A stretch of 64,000 bases of DNA from Promethearchaeota archaeon (GCA_048939995.1 JBHLOY010000011.1:75151-139150); one strand, 5' to 3'; shown: positions 1 to 10,744, counted from the first letter of the stretch. Program-made: numbers and translations. The notes: generated from the letters alone by a model not told the origin.

Positions 1-185
1 ATTAAAATATAGTTAATTATTAAATATTGCTAGGATATATCTTTTGATTAATCTTGGTGATATATGAAATGTTGCAGAGTGGTACGCCACGGAATTAACA
101 TTTCAAATCTTAAAGAAACTAATAACTAAATAAAATCTAACAACAAAGTTAAAATAATTAAAAAACAAATTGGCGAAAAAAAATA

Positions 186-2321
186 ATGAGAAATATAAAA
201 AAAACTCCGATTCTCATTCTCTTCTTAATGATTTCCTCGTTTGCAATGGGATTCTTAGGATTTGTTATTATTACTTCCAGTAAAACAACTCCTTTTGATA
301 CAGAGGCTATTGATTTAGGATATAAAATAAGAGACGCTCATTATGGGTTAGATACTAACTTGGAATCACTCCCAACCGGGGTAAATCTTCCAAAATCATC
401 TCCTAGTCCATACTATGATATTGGAGCTGTGCTTCCCTGGGTTGCTTTAAATGATTATGAAGGATATTATTACTTAACCTATTTCGAGTTAAGAGCAATT
501 GGTACTACTGCTGAAGTCTGGGTTGCCACCAATCTACTTTATCCAGCAGGTGATCCTAGGAATGATCCTTGGTATACAGAAGATGATCGATATTATTACC
601 CTGAAGTTACTGATGAGGCTATTCTCTATCTATTAGGTGAATTTGAGAATAATATTATGCCTACCCTGCATTCTGTATATGGAGAAGCAGATTTTCATGA
701 TGGAAGCAATGCTGGATTATCTTACGATTATTATGAAGAAACAGGTAGAAGTGTCATTCTCGTTTCTAATATTCGAGATACTGCTTACTATAATGATTGG
801 TATCCTTATTTCATAGCTGGATTCTTCTCAAGTAGTATTGAAGGTTGGACTGATAGAAATGTTATTTCCATTGATTCTCATCAATGGTATAGACGAACCG
901 GTCCTGAAGGTACAGAATGGTATTCCGAAGTAAGGGATCAATTTGATCCTCCAGTTGATCGTCCATACATGTATGAAACTCTTATTGCCCATGAATATCA
1001 ACATTTACTTCACCGTGATTACAATCCAAATGATCCAAGCTTTATGAATGAGGCTTGTTCACTGTATGCAGAAACTCTTGTCGGTTACCCATGGGAAACC
1101 GGTGATATTGAAAGTTACTTAGCCACTCCTGATAATTCTTTAATAGAATGGGGTGATCAAGGGGATATTAATATCTTAGCAGACTATGGTGCTTCTTTCT
1201 TATGGGCACTTTACTTAAGTGACCATTTTGGAGGTGTTGACTTTATAGGTCATTTTGTTCAAGCAGGAATTCCAGGAATTGATGGTGTAAATGCAGCATT
1301 AGCTCATTTCAATATTCAAATGGATTTCAATGATGTTTACCACGATTGGAGAATTGCGAACTTGATTCATTCGGATGTACCGGGTGGTGGAAGATATAAT
1401 TATGAATCCGTGGATTTAGGAGCTTTAGACCAACAAGCAAGAGTCTATTGGGCTGATGGTGAAGATCGTGGAACCGATTTTGGAAATACCATTACTATTC
1501 TTGGTTACGATACGTTAGAATCAAGGATGAGAACATATGGTACAGATTATATTGGATTTAATGATCTGAGAAAATTAAGTCTATTTCTGTTCAATGGAGA
1601 TGATTATGCCACCTTTGTAGAGGCCGGTTGGGAATATGTTGAGCCATATTGGTATTCTGGAACAGGAGATCTTTTAAATACATTAATTGGTACTGAAGTA
1701 TATGTTGATCCTGCCGATCCTACTTTAGAGTTAACAACCTATTGGGACATTGAAGATTTCTGGGATTTCGGATTTGTACAGGTTGCAGATGATGGTTTAG
1801 GTGCTTGGGAATCCGAATGGACTTCATTGGCAAATGAATATACTACAATGGATCACGATCCTGCTGCTCATCCGGATATAGTAGCGAACTTACCAGGGCT
1901 TACAAGCTGGAGTGGTTTCTTACCTGAAGGTCCATGGGTTACTATGACTTTTGATTTATCTGCTTGGGCAGGTCAAACCATTCATCTTGGCTTCCGTTAT
2001 ATGACTGATTGGGCATTTACCTATGAGGGTTGGTATCTTGAGAACGTTATGGTAAGTGGAGTAGAATATATTGGTTCACTAGAAGTTCTATTGCCAACTG
2101 TCCCCCTAAGTTTCATGGTTACTATAGTAGAAGAAAGAACTTTACCAAATGGTAAGACCTTTTATCACATAGATGATGTCCGAATATGGGATGGTTGCAA
2201 CTTTGGTATGGATCTTGCGGTTATTTCTAAGAAAGAAGTAGCATATCTATTAATAACCCCCATTATGGAGACGGGCTTCGCAGATTACTGGTTCAATGCC
2301 TATAGTCATAAATGGTGTTAA
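186..2321 (+). CDS. Secreted/membrane-anchored zinc metallopeptidase, M6 (immune inhibitor A)/M30-like
   Basis: N-terminal hydrophobic signal; HEYQH (HExxH) followed by MNEA; C-terminal InhA-like beta domain (WDIEDFWDFGFVQV...FRYMTDW...GWY). Confidence 0.75.
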   Translation: MRNIKKTPILILFLMISSFAMGFLGFVIITSSKTTPFDTEAIDLGYKIRDAHYGLDTNLESLPTGVNLPKSSPSPYYDIGAVLPWVALNDYEGYYYLTYFELRAIGTTAEVWVATNLLYPAGDPRNDPWYTEDDRYYYPEVTDEAILYLLGEFENNIMPTLHSVYGEADFHDGSNAGLSYDYYEETGRSVILVSNIRDTAYYNDWYPYFIAGFFSSSIEGWTDRNVISIDSHQWYRRTGPEGTEWYSEVRDQFDPPVDRPYMYETLIAHEYQHLLHRDYNPNDPSFMNEACSLYAETLVGYPWETGDIESYLATPDNSLIEWGDQGDINILADYGASFLWALYLSDHFGGVDFIGHFVQAGIPGIDGVNAALAHFNIQMDFNDVYHDWRIANLIHSDVPGGGRYNYESVDLGALDQQARVYWADGEDRGTDFGNTITILGYDTLESRMRTYGTDYIGFNDLRKLSLFLFNGDDYATFVEAGWEYVEPYWYSGTGDLLNTLIGTEVYVDPADPTLELTTYWDIEDFWDFGFVQVADDGLGAWESEWTSLANEYTTMDHDPAAHPDIVANLPGLTSWSGFLPEGPWVTMTFDLSAWAGQTIHLGFRYMTDWAFTYEGWYLENVMVSGVEYIGSLEVLLPTVPLSFMVTIVEERTLPNGKTFYHIDDVRIWDGCNFGMDLAVISKKEVAYLLITPIMETGFADYWFNAYSHKWC

Positions 2322-2342
2322 TTAAATCAATATTCAATTAAA

Positions 2343-2369
2343 TTCTTTTTTTTTATTTTATATTTTTTC
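2343..2369 (+). terminator. Oligo(T) archaeal-type terminator after peptidase gene
   Basis: T-runs (ttcttttttttt...tattttttc) about 20-45 nt after the stop codon. Confidence 0.4.
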
Positions 2370-2441
2370 AATATGAGCATTAATAAGGTTTAGTAGATTA
2401 TTTTTTATATTTTAGAGCTTTTATTTGATTTTCGAGTTTCT

Positions 2442-3350
2442 ATGAATGGTAGTACAGAAAATAACAAATCTTATAAGAACATTTTAGCTAATATCCTTCT
2501 GGTTTTAACAACTGTACTATGGGGTACTACGTTTATAATTACTAAAACTCTTACCCAAGAGATTCCAATTTTTTTATATCTTGGTTTAAGATATTTAATT
2601 GGAACAATTGGTTTCATTCCCTTATTTTTTCATTTTAAATTCATTAATAAAAAAATCATATTTTTGGGGATTTTAACTGGTTTTATTTATTTTCTTTCAA
2701 TGGTGTTTCAAACATATGGACTTCAGACTACTACCGCAGGTAAGGCAGGTTTCATTACAGGACTCAGCACAATAATGGTTCCATTTTTAACATGGTTGAT
2801 ATATAAAAAACGAGTGAATTTCCGAATTTGGATTGGAGTAGCTTTATCTGTGGGAGGTATGGCTTTTCTATTATTGGAAACTGAATCAGGGATGCTAATA
2901 GGGGATTTATTAGTGTTAGTATGTGCTGTTTTTTGTGCACTTTTTATCATATTCAATGATAAGAATGTTCAAATTGTTGATGTATATCTTTATACAATTT
3001 TACAGTTAATAACTTTAACATTATTATGTTTTTTATCGTCATTATTACTCGGTGAATCATATAATCTATTATCATTTCAGTTGGATTTCTGGCTTATAAT
3101 AGTTTATATGGGAATTGGAGCAACTAGTTTAACATTTATTTTCCAGAATTGGAGTCAAAAGTACCAAGGCCCTTCTCAAACAGCAATTATTTTTACTCTT
3201 GAACCTGTATTTGCAGCCCTATTCGGAGTCCTACTTGGAAATGAGATATTAAGCATCTTAAAGTGGATAGGAATGATTATGATTTTTACAGCAATTCTAA
3301 TTACTGTAATTAAAGTTAATAATAAAAAAACTGGGACGAAATTGAAATAG
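2442..3350 (+). CDS. EamA/DMT family transporter
   Basis: About 10 TM segments; LWGTTF, GLQTTTAGKAGFI and LEPVFA motifs typical of EamA. Confidence 0.9.
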   Translation: MNGSTENNKSYKNILANILLVLTTVLWGTTFIITKTLTQEIPIFLYLGLRYLIGTIGFIPLFFHFKFINKKIIFLGILTGFIYFLSMVFQTYGLQTTTAGKAGFITGLSTIMVPFLTWLIYKKRVNFRIWIGVALSVGGMAFLLLETESGMLIGDLLVLVCAVFCALFIIFNDKNVQIVDVYLYTILQLITLTLLCFLSSLLLGESYNLLSFQLDFWLIIVYMGIGATSLTFIFQNWSQKYQGPSQTAIIFTLEPVFAALFGVLLGNEILSILKWIGMIMIFTAILITVIKVNNKKTGTKLK

Positions 3351-3582
3351 AATAATATAAATATATGTTTAGAAATTAAAACTTAATTGTTTTAAATAAT
3401 TTTTAAGCATAAGTTGTTGTCAATATCTCGACTTTCTTTTGATAACGTAAATTTATTAATGTTTAACCTATGTAATAAACATTACATAAGTGTTAATATC
3501 GTTTAACACTTTTTTGTAGAAAAATATGATAAGAATATAAGTAGCTTTCAATCAAATCTTAATTCACATACTTCCAACAGCA

Positions 3583-3738
3583 ATGCAAAAACTAAAGGGA
3601 AAAGGTTTGAACATCTGCAGTAAATGTGGTAACGTTATGGTCACCAGGATCGTAAAAAGAGGGGCAAATCCTAAAAGTGGAGAGTTAGAGAAGATCCTTC
3701 AATGTATAGTCTGTAAACATTGGGTAGATATTGACTAA
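3583..3738 (+). CDS. Small Zn-ribbon protein, 51 aa (not in ORF track)
   Basis: MQKLKGKGLNICSKCGNVMVTRIVKRGANPKSGELEKILQCIVCKHWVDID* with two CxxC knuckles. Confidence 0.7.
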   Translation: MQKLKGKGLNICSKCGNVMVTRIVKRGANPKSGELEKILQCIVCKHWVDID

Positions 3739-3834
3739 TCCTCAAGTAGTATTTTAAAATTTAAATTATTTGTTTATTCTAAACATTATTAATTTTGAAA
3801 TGAAGTTTTGTTATCACATAAAAATGAAGAAGTA

Positions 3835-3947
3835 GAAGGGAACGATCGTTTGAGCAAAAAACAAAATCAGGGAGAGAATTAAACTCAAAGAGTTTAATAG
3901 AGGGCGAAATCCAATGTTAGCTCAAATTATCGTATTAAATTCCCTTC
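3835..3947. other. Nested inverted-repeat element, candidate structured RNA
   Basis: GAAGGGAA/TTCCCTTC, ACGAT/ATCGT and TTTGAGC/GCTCAAA pairings, plus inner hairpin ATTAAACTC-AAA-GAGTTTAAT. Confidence 0.45.
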
Positions 3948-4260
3948 CCAATGAGTAATGTGATTTCATCTTTAAAAATTCATGTATTATAAAATAAAGG
4001 ATTCTTAACATTTTGACTCTAATTGAAATCTTCTTTTTTTAATGAATCCGTATCTTTTATATCTGAGAAAAATAAAAATATTATAAAACTTATAAGTTTT
4101 CAAATCTAGTCCTCAAATACACATTTTAACGAAGGCTTCTTGAAATCACATGAAATTTCAAGACTTTCATTTTGTGTCCAAAACAAACAATATTTATATA
4201 AAAAGAATTAAATTTTTGAATACAAAAAAGAAAAAGTGTAAAAAAAAAGAGATGTAAAAA

Positions 4261-6270
4261 ATGAGAAAAAAATCGATAATCTTAATACTAGTAAGCTTTA
4301 TGTTTTTAAACTTTGGAGCATTTGGACTAATGTTTCTTCCTGTTTCTGGTAAACCTATCGAATTTCCTGAATATCAACCAATTGATATTGGATATGAAAT
4401 AAGAAATTCTGATCTCCCTTTAGAAATGGGTGATCTACTCTTAACAAATTCTTTAAGTACTGCAGCTACTGAAGCAGATATCGGGACTCAAAGGCTATAT
4501 GTTTCAATTAACTATTATTATGGCTATTACTTTACGACTTGGATGGAATTAATGGCGGTAGGAGAAGAAGCCGAAATTTGGGTACAGACTGATCTATCTT
4601 GGCCTGAAGGAGATCCAAGACCAACTCCAGTAATAACAAGTGAACAGTGTGAATATCTTGCAGATGAATTTGATTCAGTAATTTATCCGTTGACCACAAG
4701 TTATTTTGGAATGCCAGATTATAAGGAAGGATGGGATTCACCATATTCACATATGGTCGGAGCCCCTCCAGATTATACTTATGATCCTGAAGGTAAAAGC
4801 GTTGTATTAGTATCGAATATTAGAGACGATAACTATTACGATTATACCTACCCATATTTTGTGATTGGTGTTTATAGCCCCACAATTGAAGGTTGGTTTG
4901 ATAGAAATGTAGTATCTCTTGATGGAAATAATTGGCAAAATTACTTAGCTGGACCTGGAGGCCAATATGAAGGAACACTTGCACATGAATATCAACACCT
5001 TATTCATGATGATTATCAAGCAATAAAAACACCTTTCATGAATGAAGGATGTTCAATGTTCGCCGAACTTCTATGTGGCTATCCTACAGCTTGGAATGAC
5101 ATTAATAGCTTTCTCGCAACTCCAGACAATTCCCTTACTGAATGGGGAGATCAAGGTGGGATAAATGCCTTAGCCGATTATGGTCAGGCGTTACTCTGGG
5201 CAACTTATTTAGTTGATAATTATGGAGATGAATTCTTAAAAAATTATGTTCAAAATGGAATTACTGGTGTTCCCGGCGTCGAAGCTTTACTTCCTGCAGG
5301 TGTGAGTTTTGATGATGTATATCGTGATTGGACATTGGCAAACTTTATGCGAACAGGTTATACACGTATTGATTTTAATGATAAAGCAGCTAATGATGTA
5401 AGAGTCTATGAAGTTAAGGATAAATGGCCAACAGATGTTTATGGAACTGATTTTGGTGATACTATCACAATATTGGGCTATAACACCGGTGTGTCTATGG
5501 TTGGCTCATATGGAACAGATTATATCCTCCTAAGTAAACTAAAATGGCAATATTCATCTGAATTATGGTTTAATGGAGAAGATACAGCTTGGCAACCACA
5601 TTGGGACAAAGATGGTACAGCTTGGTATTCTGGTTCCTCTACCTCTGAAAGTGCTTTAAACCTCTTTTTTGATTTCGATGCAACGGGAGTTTCAGCCTTA
5701 ACATTTGATACACAATATATAATCGAGACAGGTTGGGATTTTGGAGCTATTCAGATTTCTACTGATGGAGGTATGACATGGACTTCATTATCAAATGAAT
5801 ATACAACCTCTGACCACCAAGGTACACACCCAGATATTATTCCAAACCTTCCAGGATTAACAGGTAGAAGCGATGGCTGGATACCCATGAGCTTTGAGTT
5901 ATCTGCATATTCAGGACCAGCAATCATTCGTTTCCGGTATATGACCGATTGGGGTACTGAATGGGATGGCTGGTGGATTGATAACGTCGCTCTCGATGGA
6001 GATCTTGTAGAAGAAGGTGATTTTTATACAGATTATAATCCACCCTTGACCAGCTTTATTGTAAGTGTTCTAAGACAGGATTTCTGGGACGGTGATTATT
6101 ATTATAATTTAATAGCTGAGTTCGATGTATCCGGACCTAATGAATTTGTCTTAGATTTAGCAAATTTCCTTTCATCTCCAGGCAAAGATCTTAGATACCC
6201 TGATGTTGTGTTAGCTATAACTCCTCGAGTTGGAATAGCAGATTATTCATTCTCTGTAGTTCGTACATAA
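4261..6270 (+). CDS. Secreted zinc metallopeptidase, M6/InhA-like (paralog of 186..2321)
   Basis: Signal peptide, AHEYQHLIH, FMNEG, ATPDNSLTEWGDQG shared with the first copy, InhA-like C-terminal domain. Confidence 0.75.
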   Translation: MRKKSIILILVSFMFLNFGAFGLMFLPVSGKPIEFPEYQPIDIGYEIRNSDLPLEMGDLLLTNSLSTAATEADIGTQRLYVSINYYYGYYFTTWMELMAVGEEAEIWVQTDLSWPEGDPRPTPVITSEQCEYLADEFDSVIYPLTTSYFGMPDYKEGWDSPYSHMVGAPPDYTYDPEGKSVVLVSNIRDDNYYDYTYPYFVIGVYSPTIEGWFDRNVVSLDGNNWQNYLAGPGGQYEGTLAHEYQHLIHDDYQAIKTPFMNEGCSMFAELLCGYPTAWNDINSFLATPDNSLTEWGDQGGINALADYGQALLWATYLVDNYGDEFLKNYVQNGITGVPGVEALLPAGVSFDDVYRDWTLANFMRTGYTRIDFNDKAANDVRVYEVKDKWPTDVYGTDFGDTITILGYNTGVSMVGSYGTDYILLSKLKWQYSSELWFNGEDTAWQPHWDKDGTAWYSGSSTSESALNLFFDFDATGVSALTFDTQYIIETGWDFGAIQISTDGGMTWTSLSNEYTTSDHQGTHPDIIPNLPGLTGRSDGWIPMSFELSAYSGPAIIRFRYMTDWGTEWDGWWIDNVALDGDLVEEGDFYTDYNPPLTSFIVSVLRQDFWDGDYYYNLIAEFDVSGPNEFVLDLANFLSSPGKDLRYPDVVLAITPRVGIADYSFSVVRT

Positions 6271-6312
6271 TAATGGAGAAAAAGTATAAATTAAAATCCT
6301 TAAATTTTTTTT

Positions 6313-7122
6313 TTAATCTATCATTTTAGTAATTTTTAACTTTAAATTATCTTCAGCAGCAATGACATTTTTAATTCTCGTATTCTTTTTCAATTTCTCA
6401 ACTTGACTTGGTATAAAATTCTTTAATGAAATCTGAGAATCCATGTATGCTCCAAAATGTGTAATTATTAAAGCATTTAAAGTAGGTTTTATATGGTTGA
6501 GATATGGAATTACTTCATCAGTACATAGATGTCGTCGACACTTAATTGAATCGGGTCTTAATAAGTTTAAGATAAGTATATTTACTCCGTTGAATTGCTC
6601 TGAAAACCCATCGAATACCATAGTATCACTCGTAAATGCTATAGAGTAATCCTCAAGGTTAAACCTAATACCAAATCCCTCCATTTCAGGAGAGTGAATA
6701 ACTTTAGTTCCTATTATCTCAGCATTCTTATATATAAGGCTCTCTCCAATCTTAAATGGAATTACTTTTTCCAACATATTGATATGATATTCAGAGATAA
6801 ACTTTAAAACCTCTTTGGTTGTTATTAAGGTACCTTTCTTATAATAATTATAATGCTTATCATGTAAAACTTCCCGTGAACTTTCTATAAGAGCTGCTAA
6901 ATCATTATAATGATCAACGTGTGGATGAGTTACGATAAACAAATCTGTCTTGGTTGGATCTTCACCATACTGGTTAATTCGGACAATGGCACCAGGACCA
7001 GGATCTATGTGAGCTTGAGATCGGTTAAATTTGTATAGAATGCCACCTGTAGCTCTATACTGAGTTCTAATATGATGTCTCCCTCCTCCAGAGCCAAGAA
7101 TAACTAATTCATCATCCATCAT
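6313..7122 (-). CDS. MBL-fold metallo-hydrolase
   Basis: LGSGGG, IDPGPG, THPHVDH (HxHxDH), TSDT, THFG. Confidence 0.85.
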   Translation of the reverse strand: MMDDELVILGSGGGRHHIRTQYRATGGILYKFNRSQAHIDPGPGAIVRINQYGEDPTKTDLFIVTHPHVDHYNDLAALIESSREVLHDKHYNYYKKGTLITTKEVLKFISEYHINMLEKVIPFKIGESLIYKNAEIIGTKVIHSPEMEGFGIRFNLEDYSIAFTSDTMVFDGFSEQFNGVNILILNLLRPDSIKCRRHLCTDEVIPYLNHIKPTLNALIITHFGAYMDSQISLKNFIPSQVEKLKKNTRIKNVIAAEDNLKLKITKMID

Positions 7123-7172
7123 GTTTAAAGTATAGAATCAGATTAATTATGAGAATAAATTAATAGTATAAT

Positions 7173-7697
7173 CTAATATTTTCCTTTTCGCATTAATTTT
7201 TTCGCAATTAATTCAAATACAATATTAACATTGTGCCCCGTTTTAGAAGATGTTTTGATGAAATCTAGCATATTAAAGGTATTTTTAATATCTAAAGCAG
7301 TATCATCATCCATGCTTATTGCGTCCTCAAGATCTAGTTTAGTTCCTACAAGAATAATGGGGAGGTTTATATCATGAAGCCTAATTATATTCACCCAATT
7401 TAATACATTACCCATCTGAGGCATTTTAGTGAGATCTATTAGAAGAAGGGATGCTCTTGCGCCCATTACAAAATTGCTAAGTAAGTGTCTGAATCTCTCT
7501 TGGCCACCTAAATCCCATAATTGTAATGAACAATTTCCCTCTTCTAGATGAATTTCTTTAAGAAAAAAGTCGACACCAATAGTGGTTATTGTTGATTCAT
7601 CAAAGATTCCATCCACGTATCTCCTTAACAAAGTTGTTTTACCAACTCCACCATCTCCAGCTACAAGCAACTTAAATACGAAATTTCTAGGTGGCAT
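7173..7697 (-). CDS. Rab/Ras-like small GTPase (Asgard eukaryotic signature protein)
   Basis: G1 GDGGVGKT, G2 TIGVDF, G3 WDLGGQERF, G4 TKLD, G5 TSSK; no C-terminal prenylation Cys. Confidence 0.92.
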   Translation of the reverse strand: MPPRNFVFKLLVAGDGGVGKTTLLRRYVDGIFDESTITTIGVDFFLKEIHLEEGNCSLQLWDLGGQERFRHLLSNFVMGARASLLLIDLTKMPQMGNVLNWVNIIRLHDINLPIILVGTKLDLEDAISMDDDTALDIKNTFNMLDFIKTSSKTGHNVNIVFELIAKKLMRKGKY

Positions 7698-7779
7698 TCT
7701 CTTAATACAATTTTGGATATTTAATTTATCATAAGAAAATTATCAATTTTATATTTTAATATAATATTACCTTATTATT

Positions 7780-10029
7780 TTAGGCTTGGAATTCCTTTTC
7801 TACAACTTTATCAATTTCAGTTAGGAGAGGTTTTAGTTCCTTACTAACAAGTTTTTGTAGTCTTGCTTTTGAGGGGATTTGTTGTGTTGTTTGAATTAAA
7901 TTTTGGTAAATATTTTTAGCAATAAATTGTCCTTTCTTACCCAAATCAGATAGAATTGTATGATTTTTATTCTTAAAATTAAATTTTCTTATGGGATTTT
8001 CAAATGGTAATTTGAATATGTGCCTTGAACTTTTTTTAATTCTGACTTGATTGTTAATTAAGGGTGAATTTAGAACTGCTGATAAATAATATGCTTCATC
8101 AATAGTACTTGGATTATAAAAAGTCAAATCTCCGGTGATTAAATAATCTCCTTCGATAACTGCTGAGCTTAGAACGGATCCCGAGTTATTGTAAACAACT
8201 TTTATTTTAGCTTGCTGTCGACTGTTAATCAACTTTGACCAACGATTCAAATTGTCCATCAGTGACTTGTTTTTAGTACTTACTTTTTTATGTTTTAAAT
8301 ATATTTGATTAATTTTATCATAGAAATTTTTAGCATTTTCACTTAATTCATCATATGTAAAGCTAAGATCTTTCTTTGAAAGCGGTAGAAAAACTCGATA
8401 GGAATCAAATATTAAAAATTTTATCAGTTCTGTACTTTTAATAACATTAAAAATATAATTCTTCTCAACCTTCTCATCCTCAAATTCAACAATATTCCAA
8501 GGTGGTTTAGCTCTTTCAAAAATCTTTGGTTCAGGATTAATTTTAACTAGTGAATCATTATAGTTTATACACCTAATAAAGATTAAATTTCTGGGATTTA
8601 AATCCGCTCCTTTATGAAATAATTTCTTATAGATACTAGGCTTAATAGGAAGTAGTTTTTGAAATTCTTCTTTATTTACTAATTTTTGAACATAAGCTTT
8701 ATCTCCTTTTCTTTCAACATGATATGGAATGAAGATTTCCTCTCTATTCAAAATAAGCTCAATATTGTCAAAATAATTGATTTTATTGTTATTTTTTACA
8801 CTAAGATAATAAACGGGAATTTCAAGTTCTTTATTAACTACTTCAGAATTAGAATATTCCGCGTATAAGCAGATGAAATCAATATTGAACACTTTTTCTA
8901 TTTTTGGGTCAAATTTCCAAATTTTTATATTCTTAAATCCACAAAAGTTTCGAAAACGAGATGCATGGGATCCAGTAATAATTCCTTTGGTCATAACAAA
9001 AAAGATTTTAGAATTTTTCTTCAAATATTCCTTAGCTTTGTAGAAAAACAAAGTTGAAATTTCAATATTTAAAACATTTTTTGGGGACGGCTTAATTTTT
9101 AATTCCTCTGCTAAAAATTTTATTTTATTCTGGTATTCAATTGAATTTATATCTCTTAACGTATACCAAGGGGGATTTCCAATAATCAAATTAAACTTTT
9201 TATCATGATCAATCTCTCCTAGGAATAATGAATCCTTTACAAAGAAGTTTAATTCAATTTTTGATACATTTTCTCCCAATAACAAGAGAAAATTAACCTT
9301 TGCTATAAATATAGAAATCGGGTTAATATCATACCCGTACAACCTACTTATTGCTAAAAATTTTTCACTTTCTGGTTTATTAGCATGAAGGATGGTTTTC
9401 ACGATTTCAATTAGAAAGTTAGCAGAACCGCAGCTAAGATCAAGTACCATTTCTCCAAATCTGTAAGTAGTTTCAACCATTTTGTTTGTTAAAAACCTTG
9501 GAGTGTAGAATTCTCCGGATTTATGTCTAATTACATTTGATAGAAAGGTTTGGATAAGAAAATCAAAGAAGTATTCATTAGGAATTTTTAATGAAAATAA
9601 ATCCTTTTCAATATAACTTAAGAGTTCCTTGTAATCATTTTGACTTGACTCCTCAAAAATCTGAAAAAAAGGATCAAAATAATTCTCTTGAAGAAAAAGA
9701 GCTCTATGATACTCAATTCGAATCTTTTCTCTTTTCTTATCAAACTTTTCCAATGAAAAAATCTTGAAATGAGTTGAAATTTTAATATTTAATACAATTT
9801 TAAAAATAAAAAGGTATCCAATGAAATAGATGAGACCAAATAAAATATATAAATGTAGATTTGCAAGTTTAGTTCCATAAATTTGGGCAAAACAATTAAA
9901 CCAATGATTGTATTCACTTGTATTTCTAATATTTTTTGATTCTAATAATTCTTCTAACTTTTTAACTAATTTTTCGATCACTTTGAGATGAGCTACTTTA
10001 TTTTGTTCAAATGCTAAAATATCAACCAT
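7780..10029 (-). CDS. N6-adenine DNA methyltransferase (N-6 DNA methylase, type IIG-like, with TRD-like C-terminus)
   Basis: GEFYTP, LDLSCGSANF (motif I), GYDIN, IIGNPPW (motif IV). Confidence 0.85.
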   Translation of the reverse strand: MVDILAFEQNKVAHLKVIEKLVKKLEELLESKNIRNTSEYNHWFNCFAQIYGTKLANLHLYILFGLIYFIGYLFIFKIVLNIKISTHFKIFSLEKFDKKREKIRIEYHRALFLQENYFDPFFQIFEESSQNDYKELLSYIEKDLFSLKIPNEYFFDFLIQTFLSNVIRHKSGEFYTPRFLTNKMVETTYRFGEMVLDLSCGSANFLIEIVKTILHANKPESEKFLAISRLYGYDINPISIFIAKVNFLLLLGENVSKIELNFFVKDSLFLGEIDHDKKFNLIIGNPPWYTLRDINSIEYQNKIKFLAEELKIKPSPKNVLNIEISTLFFYKAKEYLKKNSKIFFVMTKGIITGSHASRFRNFCGFKNIKIWKFDPKIEKVFNIDFICLYAEYSNSEVVNKELEIPVYYLSVKNNNKINYFDNIELILNREEIFIPYHVERKGDKAYVQKLVNKEEFQKLLPIKPSIYKKLFHKGADLNPRNLIFIRCINYNDSLVKINPEPKIFERAKPPWNIVEFEDEKVEKNYIFNVIKSTELIKFLIFDSYRVFLPLSKKDLSFTYDELSENAKNFYDKINQIYLKHKKVSTKNKSLMDNLNRWSKLINSRQQAKIKVVYNNSGSVLSSAVIEGDYLITGDLTFYNPSTIDEAYYLSAVLNSPLINNQVRIKKSSRHIFKLPFENPIRKFNFKNKNHTILSDLGKKGQFIAKNIYQNLIQTTQQIPSKARLQKLVSKELKPLLTEIDKVVEKEFQA

Positions 10030-10141
10030 TTGTTTACTTCACTATTGTGTGAATTACCAATGATTTAATATTTAATTTTAAATTTATTTTTCTATATTTA
10101 TGTATTAATTAGAATTAATTTTAATATGAAATAAACTTCTT

Positions 10142-10744
10142 TTGACATCTAAAGGGATTAAAGTTTCTAAATTCTTGGAAAAAGGAATTGAATTTTCATG
10201 CCAAATGTGTGGAGATTGTTGTAGAGGACTAAAAGAGGGTGAAGTTTACCTTTTTAAAGATGACATACGACGATTAGCACATCACTTAAATTTAAAGGGA
10301 GAAAAAGGATATAGAGAATTCGTGAAGCGGTATCTTAAAGTGATTGAAGATTCCTTTTTTTGGAAGGCTGAGAATCAAACGAGAGGAAAAAACTACAAAT
10401 TTAAAACTTTAGCGTTTAGATTTACAGGAAATGATGAGCATTGCCATTTTTTAATAGATAATATTTGTACTGTTCATGATGCACGTCCGTTTCAATGTAG
10501 ATGCTTCCCCTTTTGGAAGATGATGGTTACAAACAAAAAAAATCTGATTAATTACTCAAAAAAGTGTAAGGGGCTACAAATCTTAAAAGGACGTTATTAT
10601 TCTAAAGAAGAGATTTTACAATGGGCGAGAAAAGAATATAAAATCGAGAAAGAATATTTCCTGGAGATGAAGCAGCATAATTTTGATATTTTAAAGGTTT
10701 ATCCCTTTCTCACGAAAGAAATAATAGAAGAATTAGAGCAATGA
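10142..10744 (+). CDS. YkgJ family cysteine-cluster protein (CxxCxxCC)
   Basis: FSCQMCGDCC...CHFL...CTVHDARPFQCRCFPFW. Confidence 0.88.
   Translation: MTSKGIKVSKFLEKGIEFSCQMCGDCCRGLKEGEVYLFKDDIRRLAHHLNLKGEKGYREFVKRYLKVIEDSFFWKAENQTRGKNYKFKTLAFRFTGNDEHCHFLIDNICTVHDARPFQCRCFPFWKMMVTNKKNLINYSKKCKGLQILKGRYYSKEEILQWARKEYKIEKEYFLEMKQHNFDILKVYPFLTKEIIEELEQ

Noticed and set aside
3868-3915. Glycine or cobalamin riboswitch call for the hairpin element
   Set aside because: Only fragments match (GGAGAGA followed by a hairpin; GGCGAAATCC); the remaining conserved cores are absent.
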